Virus record (IMG/VR): IMGVR_UViG_3300045988_073455
Reading direction: 5' to 3' (one strand)
Length of the DNA stretch: 64,000 bases
Source: a virus
The notes under the pieces are model-generated. The model did no database searches. It had not been told where the DNA came from and saw only the letters and a list, made by a program, of their open reading frames with translations. The position numbers were made by a program, and so were the translations under genes. Positions 52,109 to 60,501 of the stretch are shown in pieces. Every line of letters begins with the position of its first letter. The stretch's first letter is position 1.

Positions 52109-53491
52109 ATGACGGACACACAAGAGCTGGCGTATAAGCGAAAGGCTAAACTTCGCAAGAAGCACAGAAAGGTCAGAGTAGAGCTTGTCAGTGATATGAC
52201 TAACCTCAAGATTGCGGTAAGGAAATCACGCAAGGGAAAGGAAGGAAAGAAGGGAGTGGTGATATTCGATAAGGATTATAATGGTAATCTTTTGAGATTA
52301 CAGAGAAGTCTTATAGATGGAACTTACAAGACTAGCGAAGGGCACGATTGTATGAGACGATGTATGAGACGATGCCCTTGCGGTAAGGTAAGAAAGCTTC
52401 ATAAGCTTCCGTACTACCCAGACCACGTTGAGCAGCATGCCTTGATGCAAATTCTGATGCCGTACCTTATAAGAGCTCTCTACATAGAGAGTGGGGCAAG
52501 TGTAAAAGGCAGAGGAATGATTTATGCGAAGCGCAGAACAGAAAGATGGATAGACGAGAATAAGTCATGTGGAAGATTGTACTATTGCAAACTTGACTTC
52601 GTTAAATTCTATGAGAACGTAGACCAGCAGGAGATATACAAATCTCTGTGTGATTTCTTTACCGATAAAGGAATTAGAAGACTTTTGCATGAAGTTATCT
52701 TTGCCTTACCGAAAGGTCTAGGTATTGGTCTATATCCTATTCAGACCCTTACCAATTTCTATATGAGTATATTGTGTAGATTGGTATGTAGGAAGTTTGA
52801 TGTTAAGGTAGAGATATATTGTGATGATGTCATTATATTGGGTAAAAACGAAAAGGAAGTATGGAAAGCCATCAACTTCATATTGAAATATGCTGATGAA
52901 GTGATGCACCAGCAGTTGCACGATAATATCGGAATGCAGATAATTGATGAAGCTCATTTCCTTGATTTTGTCGGTTACCGATTCTATTTCAATCATACAA
53001 TGTTGAGAAAGCGCATGAAGGAGAAATTCAAAAAGAAGATGCACAACCTTAAAAATCCTATGAGGAGATACCAAGTGGCTATGAGCTACAAGGGTTGGTT
53101 GATGCACTGCGATGGTTTTAATCTTTGGAGAATGATAACAAAAATGAATAGTTTTGATGATTTTAAGATGCCGCAGGTTGAGGACAGAGATGCAAACGGC
53201 AAGAGAATGTTCGAAGGTCAAAGGATGAGTGCAAGCTACTTTGCCGAGAGAACTATTGTTTTCCTTGATGTTGAATTTGATGTTAATAGCAAGGTTCATA
53301 AGTCAGGGAAGAGCAATGTTGTTAGCGTTGAGGAGAACGGACAGAAGTTTAAGTTCTTCACTAATAACAAGAAACTCGTTGAGCAGTTGCAATGGTGCTC
53401 AGAAAATGATAAATTCCCATTCCTTGGAAAGTTGCGTAGAATGAATCAGAGCGGGAACCCTGATTTCAGAATTGTAGGAACAAAAGCATAA
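52109..53491 (+). CDS. DGR reverse transcriptase
   Basis: 460 aa with KVRKLHKLPYYPDHVEQHAL, GLGIGLYPIQTLTNFYMS and the catalytic EIYCDDVIILG (YxDD). Adjacent to TR. Confidence 0.9.
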   Translation: MTDTQELAYKRKAKLRKKHRKVRVELVSDMTNLKIAVRKSRKGKEGKKGVVIFDKDYNGNLLRLQRSLIDGTYKTSEGHDCMRRCMRRCPCGKVRKLHKLPYYPDHVEQHALMQILMPYLIRALYIESGASVKGRGMIYAKRRTERWIDENKSCGRLYYCKLDFVKFYENVDQQEIYKSLCDFFTDKGIRRLLHEVIFALPKGLGIGLYPIQTLTNFYMSILCRLVCRKFDVKVEIYCDDVIILGKNEKEVWKAINFILKYADEVMHQQLHDNIGMQIIDEAHFLDFVGYRFYFNHTMLRKRMKEKFKKKMHNLKNPMRRYQVAMSYKGWLMHCDGFNLWRMITKMNSFDDFKMPQVEDRDANGKRMFEGQRMSASYFAERTIVFLDVEFDVNSKVHKSGKSNVVSVEENGQKFKFFTNNKKLVEQLQWCSENDKFPFLGKLRRMNQSGNPDFRIVGTKA

Positions 53492-53520
53492 GTATAATAT
53501 TTAAAAAGAAAGGACATATC

Positions 53521-53931
53521 ATGGATATTAGAAAGTCTATATTCGATTACTCACCTAGTCTGATTGAGTATGAGGGTAATTTTATTCGCATCAATTTCGA
53601 TGTTGAGCAGGTTGAGTTGGAAAATAATATGGGTAGCAGCGAAGGCAAAAAAACTACCCGAATGGCTTATGCCGCCCACGTTGTCCGTATCGAGCAGCCT
53701 TTGGAGCGAGGTAAGATAGTTGATGCAATCGTCTCATCCGCTTATCCGACCGACAAGATGCAAGCTATCATCAACAACCATTTCGCCAATCTTGCCAAAA
53801 TTGCGGATGGCAAGAAGCTTGATGCCGATGATAAGGAGCATGAAGCAGAGTATGAAGCTATGCAATCATGGCGCACGAAGGCGAAGGCTGTAGCTACGGA
53901 TGTTATAGACAATTATATCAGTACTCATTAA
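53521..53931 (+). CDS. hypothetical protein
   Basis: 136 aa. It does not look like a basic four-helix Avd. Confidence 0.5.
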   Translation: MDIRKSIFDYSPSLIEYEGNFIRINFDVEQVELENNMGSSEGKKTTRMAYAAHVVRIEQPLERGKIVDAIVSSAYPTDKMQAIINNHFANLAKIADGKKLDADDKEHEAEYEAMQSWRTKAKAVATDVIDNYISTH

Positions 53932-53948
53932 AAGGAGGATAATAGCCT

Positions 53949-55091
53949 ATGAAAAAGGTAGTACATCTTTTTGCTTCGCAGCGTGTCAACCGCAAGGCAC
54001 GTACTGACAATGAAGAGGTATTCAGGGAGAAAGTTACGCTCATTACCAACAAGGAGATGAGTATCGGTCAGCTTGCAGACTTTTCTCAGTTGGTTAAGGA
54101 TATGGGCAATTGCGGTATAGTGATAGGCGATGGTAAAGTTGTGCTAAAAGGCGACCAGATAAAGGTGCTCAACGGCAATGACGAGGCAGCGATGTTTGAA
54201 GGTGGTAAGCTCAATGCTAAACTGATTGATGCAGAAACTATCACCATGAATCACCTTTATGCAAAGAGTGCAGAGGATGGAACTATTGTCGGTCATTTCG
54301 GTAATTACGATAAAGCCGATGCTGTAGTAGGTAGTGATAAGTGCCCGCTTTGGCTTGGTGCAGCATTGGCTAAGGATGCGCCATTCAGAGTAACGAAAGA
54401 TGGTTCGTTATATGCGTCTAAGGGTATATTCGCAGGAGAACTGAAGGGTGTGACAGGCTCTTTTCATAGATTGACTGCGGTTAGTTCTGATGGAAATAAA
54501 AGCGCTGGTTCAATATATTTTGATGGTTCTGGCCGTATAACATTTGATGCAGATATTTATAATCAAGGATATAATTCTGCGGCGAAAAGAGGTTGGCGTT
54601 TCTATGCTAGTAATGTATGGTGTCGTTCAGCCTTTGGGCATCGACAGAGTACATTGGCAGTAGTATCTGGGGATGTTATGCAAGTTTATCCTGACGGATA
54701 CGATAGCGAAAGAATACCTGTGCCTCTAGAGCGTGTTTCTTATGACAATAAAACCGTATACAAAATTCCATTGTATAGTCCTAATGAAAATTTGTCCGGA
54801 TGTCCTATTGATATAGTAGTATTCAGTCCTCTTAGAGCAATTGCTACATATTATTACGAGTTTGTACCTGGAGGAACAGGTAAGCGTTGGATGGCAATAA
54901 ATGCCAATGACAATAATAATAGAATACATTTCTGTGATGTCGGTGGATGGCATCAACTTAATGGTGGAGAAACAATAAATCTTGTATATATAAACCCAGA
55001 ATTACTTATTCCTAGCCAGGAGGATAAGACCTATTTCGGTCGTGGTATCTTCTGGAGCGGAGTAAATGATTTGAATTGGGACAATAGATAA
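53949..55091 (+). CDS. tail fibre-like protein
   Basis: 380 aa, beta-rich, with GGAGG upstream. Confidence 0.45.
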   Translation: MKKVVHLFASQRVNRKARTDNEEVFREKVTLITNKEMSIGQLADFSQLVKDMGNCGIVIGDGKVVLKGDQIKVLNGNDEAAMFEGGKLNAKLIDAETITMNHLYAKSAEDGTIVGHFGNYDKADAVVGSDKCPLWLGAALAKDAPFRVTKDGSLYASKGIFAGELKGVTGSFHRLTAVSSDGNKSAGSIYFDGSGRITFDADIYNQGYNSAAKRGWRFYASNVWCRSAFGHRQSTLAVVSGDVMQVYPDGYDSERIPVPLERVSYDNKTVYKIPLYSPNENLSGCPIDIVVFSPLRAIATYYYEFVPGGTGKRWMAINANDNNNRIHFCDVGGWHQLNGGETINLVYINPELLIPSQEDKTYFGRGIFWSGVNDLNWDNR

Positions 55092-55111
55092 TTATAAAAG
55101 CAAAAATAAAT

Positions 55112-55438
55112 ATGAAAAAGAATTTCAATGTACCTTTCAAGAATTGGAAGGGTGAGGTGATAGTATCACCAGTAAAGAACGAGAGCGGAGAGGAAACCTA
55201 CAAGCAACAGATTATAGGCGATATTGTAGGAAAGGTACTCTTCGAGGTGATAGACAATCAGAGTATTCAGCTATCGGGCGAAGAAAAGCTACGTGCTTAT
55301 CGGGTAGCCTGCAAGATAGGCAAGGATGCTGAGAACGTAGACCTCGAATCTGAGGATATTATTCTTATCAAGAAGATACTCTGTCCTGTGATGGCTGTAG
55401 GTGGTTATGGTCAGATTGTTGATTTACTAGAAGGATAG
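55112..55438 (+). CDS. hypothetical protein
   Basis: 108 aa, the last gene of the long + strand structural operon. Confidence 0.5.
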   Translation: MKKNFNVPFKNWKGEVIVSPVKNESGEETYKQQIIGDIVGKVLFEVIDNQSIQLSGEEKLRAYRVACKIGKDAENVDLESEDIILIKKILCPVMAVGGYGQIVDLLEG

Positions 55439-55444
55439 GAACAG

Positions 55445-55477
55445 ATAAGGCGGTTCACTACATGGTGACCGCCTTAT
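55445..55477. terminator. bidirectional terminator hairpin
   Basis: ATAAGGCGGT / ACCGCCTTAT form a 10-bp stem between convergent genes. Confidence 0.6.
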
Positions 55478-55817
55478 TCTTTTCTCGTCCGTCAGGGAAG
55501 TGTGTTGCATCGAATTTTTCTATAGGCTCTGTTATCATGTCAGCGAAATATGGAGCATCATAGCCGCCGAAAGATGGAATTAAATCACTAAGATAGCCAT
55601 ATCTACCTTTCCTTCGTTCCTCCTCTGCTTGCGTTACTAGACCTTTCTGCATTCTAACAGCGAAAGGAAGTTTGTTGAAACTATAGATACCATCTATCCA
55701 GTCGTTAGGGTGCGGATTACACTTGTGCTCAAGCTCTCGCTCTCCAGAAGTTGATGGCAACCTACTGCCACCTACCAGGTACATCATTTGATTTTCGTAT
55801 GGTTCTAATTTTTTCAT
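55458..55817 (-). CDS. hypothetical protein (minus-strand moron)
   Basis: 119 aa with its own TAacTTTG promoter. Confidence 0.55.
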   Translation of the reverse strand: MKKLEPYENQMMYLVGGSRLPSTSGERELEHKCNPHPNDWIDGIYSFNKLPFAVRMQKGLVTQAEEERRKGRYGYLSDLIPSFGGYDAPYFADMITEPIEKFDATHFPDGREKNKAVTM

Positions 55818-55842
55818 AATCTTAATATTTTGATTTCTGCTG

Positions 55843-55850
55843 CAAAGTTA
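55843..55850 (-). promoter_or_regulatory. -7 box of the minus-strand moron promoter
   Basis: The reverse complement reads TAACTTTG, 25 nt upstream of the ATG at 55817. Confidence 0.5.
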
Positions 55851-56053
55851 CGAAAATAAACTGAAAGCGCAATGTTTCTGTTACCATTTTCTTCAATTTT
55901 GGTAACAAAAAATCGGTAACAAAACTTTCAGATTATTACTTTTTTATGAAGTTTAACACAAAAATATTCTCATTTTCGTTGATTTTGCGCAAAAAAGTGT
56001 ATCTTTGCACAATAATTTAATTTAATTTAAATCAACCTAAAAAAAAAGAGATT

Positions 56054-56560
56054 ATGACTAAAGAAGACGAAGAAAACCTATTAAAGTGGTTGCAAGACAA
56101 GGACATCAGTGAGGTGATGGATTTACTGATGAGACATGGTAATCGGTATAGTAGAAGAATTTTGAAGTTCTTCCGCTGGTTCTGCAAGTATGTTCCAATT
56201 ACTATTATGCTATTTCACGCTTATGGTATGTGGAATTTTAGTCAGCATCCACGAGACATGTTCATCCCATACGCAGAAAATACGCCTTGCTATCTCTACA
56301 TATATTTTATGTTGTACGTCCTACCTATGGTTCTTATACTGGCAAGCCGATTTTTCTTCTTATGTTGGAGGTACCGCATTCCCTTCTTCTACTTTGCAAG
56401 CATTAATGCGGCTCACATTGTTGAATGGAGCTGGTATACCACCAAAGATATGATAGATTCCTGCTTCACTATCATGGTGGTAACGGCAATATTCTATCTG
56501 TACTCTTTTGTGGATTTGTTTATCAGTAAAACAAATTTAGGACGTAAAATCTGCGCATAA
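56054..56560 (+). CDS. polytopic membrane protein
   Basis: 168 aa with about 4 hydrophobic segments. A TAtcTTTG box lies at 56000..56007. Confidence 0.55.
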   Translation: MTKEDEENLLKWLQDKDISEVMDLLMRHGNRYSRRILKFFRWFCKYVPITIMLFHAYGMWNFSQHPRDMFIPYAENTPCYLYIYFMLYVLPMVLILASRFFFLCWRYRIPFFYFASINAAHIVEWSWYTTKDMIDSCFTIMVVTAIFYLYSFVDLFISKTNLGRKICA

Positions 56561-56561
56561 T

Positions 56562-56903
56562 ATGGGAAAGATACTAAATTATAAGCTGCTCGGCACGGCT
56601 TTGAAATCATTGGCTGACGCTTGCTTTAAGGCTGACGAACAGCAGAAGAACGGAGAGAAAGTCACCGCTTGCGGAATGAGCGATGAGGACTTGGATAGAT
56701 TATGTGACATCATACCAGATATGCTCAACCCGATGATGAGCACGGAGGAGGTCAAGGAGAAACTGCACGTTTCTGATGCTACCTTAAACAGAATGGTTGC
56801 TAGAGGTGATATTCCGAACGGAGAATGCAAAAAGCGAGGGCACACCCGATATTTTAAGAAGTGGGATATTCTGCACTTCATTAAGAGTAAGAGAGGTAAG
56901 TGA
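56562..56903 (+). CDS. HTH DNA-binding protein (excisionase/MerR-like)
   Basis: STEEVKEKLHVSDATLNRMVARGDIP...YFKKWDILHFI resembles excisionase-type HTH proteins. Confidence 0.5.
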   Translation: MGKILNYKLLGTALKSLADACFKADEQQKNGEKVTACGMSDEDLDRLCDIIPDMLNPMMSTEEVKEKLHVSDATLNRMVARGDIPNGECKKRGHTRYFKKWDILHFIKSKRGK

Positions 56904-56955
56904 TTGCCTCTCTTTTTTATATGTTAGAATAAAGTTTTGCACTTTTTCGTAAAAT

Positions 56956-57016
56956 CTATTTGATGATTAAATATTTTGTTGTATATTTGCAGCGTTATTG
57001 TTTAATCATCAAATAG
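56956..57016 (+). promoter_or_regulatory. class II promoter copy 4 (lysis) bracketed by a perfect 16-nt inverted repeat
   Basis: CTATTTGATGATTAAA (56956..56971), TAtaTTTG (56982..56989), TTTAATCATCAAATAG (57001..57016). Confidence 0.65.
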
Positions 57017-57023
57017 TTATAGT

Positions 57024-57494
57024 ATGGCAGATAGAATTAAAGATATTGTTGTAGGCGTAGTTCTTGCACTCATCGCCTATCTTAAACCGATTGAAGGCGA
57101 GTTGTCTTCGCTTATGATTGTCTTCACCCTCAACTTTATTTTCGGTTATCTTAGTGGCATGATTGCAAAAGGAGAGAACTTCGAGTTGAAGAAGGCAGTT
57201 GTGTGCATCGGTCACGCTACTGTGTTCTTCGTCCTTTGTGCAGCAGTATATGCAATCGGACGATTCAAAGGACAAATGGAAGGTTCCGTTCAATGTGTTT
57301 CTTTTATCTCGTATCTAGTATTGTGGTTCTACGGATGCAATATTCTGAAGAACTTGAAACAGATATTCAAGAAAGGTACCCCTCCTTGGTATGTAGTGAG
57401 TTTCCTCTATTATCTCATGCGCTTCAAATTTATCGAGAAGATTCCATATTTGTCAGACTATCTAAATTACACAGAAAAGGAGGAAAAGATATGA
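57024..57494 (+). CDS. holin
   Basis: 156 aa with about 4 TM segments. Precedes the endolysin gene. Confidence 0.55.
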   Translation: MADRIKDIVVGVVLALIAYLKPIEGELSSLMIVFTLNFIFGYLSGMIAKGENFELKKAVVCIGHATVFFVLCAAVYAIGRFKGQMEGSVQCVSFISYLVLWFYGCNILKNLKQIFKKGTPPWYVVSFLYYLMRFKFIEKIPYLSDYLNYTEKEEKI

Positions 57495-57589
57495 TGTTAG
57501 CGATTATTATGGTGGCAGCTATTATAGGAAGCATTCTTGTATTTGGCTGCATTATTCAAGGAAATGATTATAGCGAGGAGGAGAAGTAA
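57491..57589 (+). CDS. small membrane peptide (32 aa)
   Basis: Hand-translated MMLAIIMVAAIIGSILVFGCIIQGNDYSEEEK, between holin and endolysin genes. Confidence 0.4.
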   Translation: MMLAIIMVAAIIGSILVFGCIIQGNDYSEEEK

Positions 57590-57591
57590 AC

Positions 57592-58128
57592 ATGGCTGAT
57601 TCTAGTAAACTCGTTCCGTTTATCCTCAGTTGGGAAACGGACAAATATACAAATAACAAGCATGACAGGGGTGGCGCTACAAAATACGGCATTACCCTTG
57701 CTACCTGGAAAAGAGTCGGGTATGACAAGAATGGTGATGGTGTCCTTAACGAGGAAGATGTAAAACGCCTTACTGAGGAAGACTTTCATCGTGTTTTTAA
57801 GCAGAACTATTGGAACGCTTGCAAAGCAGATAGAATACAGGATCAGAGCGTAGCCAACATGCTGGTAGACTTTGCTTATAATAGCGGAGTCAGCAAAGCG
57901 GTAAAACATCTGCAACTTGTATTAGGTATCACAGCAGATGGTATTATCGGTAATAAGACGCTGTATGCCATTAATAAATCCAATGGAGAAAGATTATTCG
58001 AAGCCTTCAAGAAAGATAGAAAAGCTTATCTAAAGAGAATTGCAGTCGGTGACCAGAAAGTTTTTCTTAAAGGGTGGCTTCGCAGACTTAGCTACATTAC
58101 GTATCGTAATCTAAAATTGAATAAATGA
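57592..58128 (+). CDS. endolysin, GH108 lysozyme plus PG_binding_3
   Basis: ILSWETDKYTNNKHDRGGATKYGIT and LQLVLGITADGIIGNKTL. Confidence 0.8.
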   Translation: MADSSKLVPFILSWETDKYTNNKHDRGGATKYGITLATWKRVGYDKNGDGVLNEEDVKRLTEEDFHRVFKQNYWNACKADRIQDQSVANMLVDFAYNSGVSKAVKHLQLVLGITADGIIGNKTLYAINKSNGERLFEAFKKDRKAYLKRIAVGDQKVFLKGWLRRLSYITYRNLKLNK

Positions 58129-58724
58129 TGAAATGGTATGATATAAGATTTTGGAAATGGGCAACCATTACCCTAGTGGTAGGTCTTGCGCTTGTTTCTG
58201 TCTTAGGGTGCAGTACTCCTAGAGCAGTAACTACACAAACCTTCATCACAGACAAGCAGAGTGAAAAGAAGTTCGATTCCCTCTTCACTACCCGATTGTC
58301 TTATGCCTTCGAGCAATGGCAACATATCCAAAAGCGAGAAACAGAAAAGGCTACAAAAGATAGCAGCTATGTAAAAGATAGCACAGCAACCCGATATGAT
58401 GCGCAAGGGAATAAGATTGGTGAAGATCGTTTTCATTACGAGAGTCACTATTTATTTGAAAAAGAACGAAGAAAGCTACTCGATACCATCAGTATATATA
58501 AAGCATACAAAGATACCCTTACATATTACAGAGAAAGATGTGATTCCTTATCAAAGATTGGCACCTCTCAGTTCTATAAGATTGACGCTCCTTCTATAAA
58601 AGAGAAATCTCTGTCAAGTATGCAGAAGATATTCTTGAAAACGGGGCAGATGTTTTGGTTCTGCTTTATACTCATAGTTATGTACTTATTATATATATCA
58701 AGGAAGAAAAAGAAATGTTCTTAG
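58125..58724 (+). CDS. unimolecular spanin candidate
   Basis: 199 aa with an N-terminal lipobox-like LALVSVLGC and a C-terminal TM segment (MFWFCFILIVMYLLYI). Overlaps the endolysin stop. Confidence 0.5.
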   Translation: MMKWYDIRFWKWATITLVVGLALVSVLGCSTPRAVTTQTFITDKQSEKKFDSLFTTRLSYAFEQWQHIQKRETEKATKDSSYVKDSTATRYDAQGNKIGEDRFHYESHYLFEKERRKLLDTISIYKAYKDTLTYYRERCDSLSKIGTSQFYKIDAPSIKEKSLSSMQKIFLKTGQMFWFCFILIVMYLLYISRKKKKCS

Positions 58725-58768
58725 AAAAGTTGTTTAATTAAGGTTTTAAGATTTATTTTTGGATAACT

Positions 58769-58804
58769 AGGGCGACTACTCGTGATGAGCGGTCGCCCTT
58801 TTTG
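58769..58804 (+). terminator. intrinsic terminator after the lysis cassette
   Basis: AGGGCGAC / GTCGCCCT stem followed by a T-run. Confidence 0.65.
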
Positions 58805-58932
58805 TTTGCGAAGTAAATTCTTCCGTTCTAAGAGGATTAAAAATGAGTCTACCTACTATCACCATAAACCACTGATTTAGAGCCACTAACGAAAACCATG
58901 ATAGCCTTACAGCTTATTTCAAAACAATTTTC

Positions 58933-58955
58933 TAACTTTGCACACGTAACGTTAC
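58933..58955 (+). promoter_or_regulatory. cargo-operon promoter -7 box with palindromic operator
   Basis: TAacTTTG at 58933..58940 and the perfect palindrome GTAACGTTAC at 58946..58955. Confidence 0.5.
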
Positions 58956-59000
58956 AAATAGTGTTAGTTAAATATTAAGGTTAAATTAAAAATTCGGGAT

Positions 59001-59984
59001 ATGGAAAGTAAAACTTACGTGTTCAATCCAGAGAGCGGCACAAGCGGCACAGGCTCTAATGGAATCTTGGCTATGCTTCCTGCACTCATGCAGAGACAGG
59101 GTGTTGACCCAGGTCTTATTGCACTCATGAACAACCGTGGAAACGGAAATGGTTGGGGTGAAGACATCTTTGCTATCCTTTTGTTGTTCATCCTTATGGG
59201 CAATAATGGTATGGGACTCTTCGGAGGTAATCGCTGCATGGGTTCCAACGGACAGGGCGGTGTTGTGCCAATGCTTAACAATGATGCCAATACAGCCGTT
59301 ATCATGCAGGCTGTTCAGCGCAATGGTTTCGACGTTCAGAGCTTGGCTACAGCCCTCAACACATCAAGTGACGCAGTCATGGCTGCAATCAATGGCTTAG
59401 GTCATCAGATTTGCAACCTCGGCAATCAGATGGGCATGAATGCTAATCAGATTTTGACTGCTATCATGCAGGGTAACAATGCCATCGCTACTCAGTTGGC
59501 AGAATGCTGCTGCAAGACCAACAACGCCATAACTGCAATGGATGGCAACCTCAAGCTGTCTATCTGTCAGCAGACCCACGCCATCAATGATACGGCAAAT
59601 GCCAATGCTTTGATGCTCCGTGACAAGGCAGATGCTAACAATCAGTCTGTCTTGGCTAAGTTGGATCAGATGCAGACACAGGCAATGCAGGATAAGCTCG
59701 ATGCTTTGAGAGAGAAGAATAGTGCTCTGCTTGCTCAGATTTCAAACGAGCATCAGACACAGGCTTTGCAGTCTTATCAGGCGCAGGTAATCACACCAGT
59801 AAATGCAGCTTTGGCTGCACTGCAGGCAGAGGTGGCTGGTATCAAGTGCAAGTTGCCTAATACCATCAGTGTTCAGTACCCTCAGTACGGAGTATTCAAC
59901 AAGGACGTTTATACTGCTGCCGCCATGGGAGCTTATGCAGGTGATGTAGCGGCTTCTCGTTCAACTGTAGGATGCGGTTGTTAG
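59001..59984 (+). CDS. N/Q/A/G/M-rich membrane-anchored protein of unknown function
   Basis: 327 aa with a hydrophobic segment IFAILLLFILMG, the motif AECCCK, and a C-terminal VGCGC. Confidence 0.6.
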   Translation: MESKTYVFNPESGTSGTGSNGILAMLPALMQRQGVDPGLIALMNNRGNGNGWGEDIFAILLLFILMGNNGMGLFGGNRCMGSNGQGGVVPMLNNDANTAVIMQAVQRNGFDVQSLATALNTSSDAVMAAINGLGHQICNLGNQMGMNANQILTAIMQGNNAIATQLAECCCKTNNAITAMDGNLKLSICQQTHAINDTANANALMLRDKADANNQSVLAKLDQMQTQAMQDKLDALREKNSALLAQISNEHQTQALQSYQAQVITPVNAALAALQAEVAGIKCKLPNTISVQYPQYGVFNKDVYTAAAMGAYAGDVAASRSTVGCGC

Positions 59985-59998
59985 GAAAGGAGGTAACT

Positions 59999-60445
59999 AT
60001 GTTCCCTTTATATCCATTCAATCCATTTATTCCAATCGGTCAGAGAAACCAAATCAAACGTATTGATGTAGGAGGTATCTATGAGCTGAAGACAAATGCT
60101 CAGAAGGTCACAGATGCGAGTGTTGATTATGGTATCAATCCTTGCTACTACAATGCTTTGCCTTGCGAGTGCATTGTACTCTTGAAGATACATCAAGGAG
60201 TTGCCGCGGGAAGTGCGACACTTCCTGTCACAATCGTAACTCCAAATAGTGGCTCTACCACTGTTAACGGAACTGCCAACACTAGCGGAACAGCTTCCGG
60301 TACAACAAAGATGCCAGTTGTTGATCATGCGGGAAATGCAGTGACGGGAGCTAGCGTTTCTGAAACTACGGAGGCTTTGGCATACATCAATAAGAAGAGC
60401 GGTATTATCCGACTGCTTGGGTTTCAGCAGCCTACAGGCGGCTAA
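59999..60445 (+). CDS. hypothetical protein
   Basis: ATG at 59999 after AAGGAGG. 148 aa, beta-rich, with a T/S/G-rich loop. Confidence 0.55.
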   Translation: MFPLYPFNPFIPIGQRNQIKRIDVGGIYELKTNAQKVTDASVDYGINPCYYNALPCECIVLLKIHQGVAAGSATLPVTIVTPNSGSTTVNGTANTSGTASGTTKMPVVDHAGNAVTGASVSETTEALAYINKKSGIIRLLGFQQPTGG

Positions 60446-60501
60446 CAGAGTATTAACTATGGGACAGACTGAAAAGTCTGCCCCTTTAAAAGAGAAAGAA
60501 A

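Noticed and set aside
52730-53299. 189-aa minus-strand ORF inside the RT gene
   Set aside because: It is antisense to a gene with intact RT motifs (YCDD), so it is an AT-rich antisense artefact.
52109-53491. Alternative identity of the RT as a group II intron maturase or a retron RT
   Set aside because: No intron RNA domains, X/En domains, or msr/msd-like inverted repeats are visible. An adjacent TR/VR pair with adenine-specific mismatches identifies it as a DGR RT.
53521-53931. Possible Avd (DGR accessory protein) downstream of the RT
   Set aside because: The size (136 aa) fits. However, the sequence is acidic or neutral and its N-terminal half looks beta-rich, whereas Avd is a basic four-helix bundle. 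Kept as hypothetical. Structure prediction could overturn this.
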